Below, one piece after another: positions 63,290-64,000 of a DNA stretch of 64,000 bases. The translations under genes were made by a program, and so were the position numbers. Source of the DNA: Octopus sinensis (taxonomy: Eukaryota); assembly GCF_006345805.1 (NCBI RefSeq), contig NC_043002.1, positions 95,542,001-95,606,000 on the forward strand, in the 5' to 3' direction. Position 1 is the stretch's first letter; every line of letters starts with the position of its first letter. The notes beneath the pieces were generated by a model. That model did no database searches. It worked only from the letters and a program-made list of their open reading frames with translations, and was not told the DNA's origin.

Positions 63290-63723
63290 CTCAAACTACG
63301 TTCATGAACAGAAATTTCTATGACTGATTACCCTACATTTTAGTAATTATTTCTATTTATAAGTAACCAAATATTATCCAATATTTTGAAGATGGCATTG
63401 CTATTTTCAAAAACGTTTGTAGGTGCTGCGAACAAAGTCATTTTATGTGAAAACAAAATAATTTTCAAGTTAGTCTTCATAATGTAAAATGTCTTAGAAA
63501 TGAAAGTTCAGACATGTTGACAAAGTTCATAGAAATTATTAAAGGTCATAAAAGTTAATAGATAGTTCATTAGAGAATCTATTAAAATGTTTTAGGATTG
63601 AATATCAAACGAAGTTGAAAGAGAGTTCATTGAAGTTAAATAGACCATTCATTAGGAAAAATTTTAAGAGTTCAGTCTCATAACATACTCAACATAACTT
63701 CGTCTGTCATATTTCCCTGTTGC

Positions 63724-63845
63724 TTACTGCTGGCTGTTGCCCTTGGCAGTAGTTGCAAGACGATTGTACTCAGGAAGAACACGCGCTTTGGCTGCATCAA
63801 CATTCACCACGTTGCACCCATCATAGCTCCCAAGGTACTCAGTGA
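63724..63845 (-). CDS. Terminal coding exon of an unidentified host gene: (x)TEYLGSYDGCNVVNVDAAKARVLPEYNRLATTAKGNSQQ*
   Basis: Acceptor cttctctcattttgtaccAG, 122 nt (2 nt + 39 codons + TAA), GC and codon content unlike the flanks, no TE motif. Upstream exons would lie beyond the window. Confidence 0.72.
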
Positions 63846-63907
63846 CTGGTACAAAATGAGAGAAGGTTATTAAATATATGTAACCATCTAAATGTATGAG
63901 ATGTTTT

Positions 63908-64000
63908 GGATCTTTTCGGTTTGAACGGCAGTTTTTTTAAGCGGTGTCATATGAAATTGTCACCCATAATTATGACCCTAGAATCGATCTATTGCGTTTC
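63908..64000 (-). mobile_element. Third GGATC-TIR MITE copy (in the putative intron), cut by the window edge
   Basis: ggatcttttcggtttgaacggcagtttttttaagcggtgtcatatgaaattgtc, same orientation as the 52698 copy. Confidence 0.9.

Overview
AT-rich, repeat-saturated animal genomic DNA. The microsatellite mix ((AT)n, (ACAT)n, (AGAT)n, (CA)n, (ATT)n, (GAT)n) and the SINE families point to a coleoid cephalopod, probably Octopus; this is an inference. The only host-gene evidence is one minus-strand terminal coding exon at 63724-63845 (protein not recognised) with a likely 3' UTR and AATAAA. The rest is decayed mobile DNA: CR1-like, RTE, R4/Dong-like, L2-like and Tx1-like LINEs; Penelope-like elements (PLEs); Tc1/mariner, hAT and Helitron elements; a gypsy gag relic and a solo LTR; MITEs with 8-bp target-site duplications (TSDs); and several tRNA-derived SINE families. 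Five patterns stand out. (1) At least six type-I hammerhead-ribozyme (HHR) motifs sit just upstream of (TA)n tracts, one of them essentially intact (11665-11716, minus). (2) Short-spacer foldback inverted duplications recur, the largest with ~470-bp arms and a spacer apparently templated from a local SINE. (3) A SINE family carries an internal 67-bp VNTR expanded to 20 units with higher-order structure. (4) SINEs with a shared head carry two different 3' tails, and both apparent donor LINEs are in the window. (5) A solo LTR sits beside its own empty-site paralog. All coordinates and alignments were read by eye.
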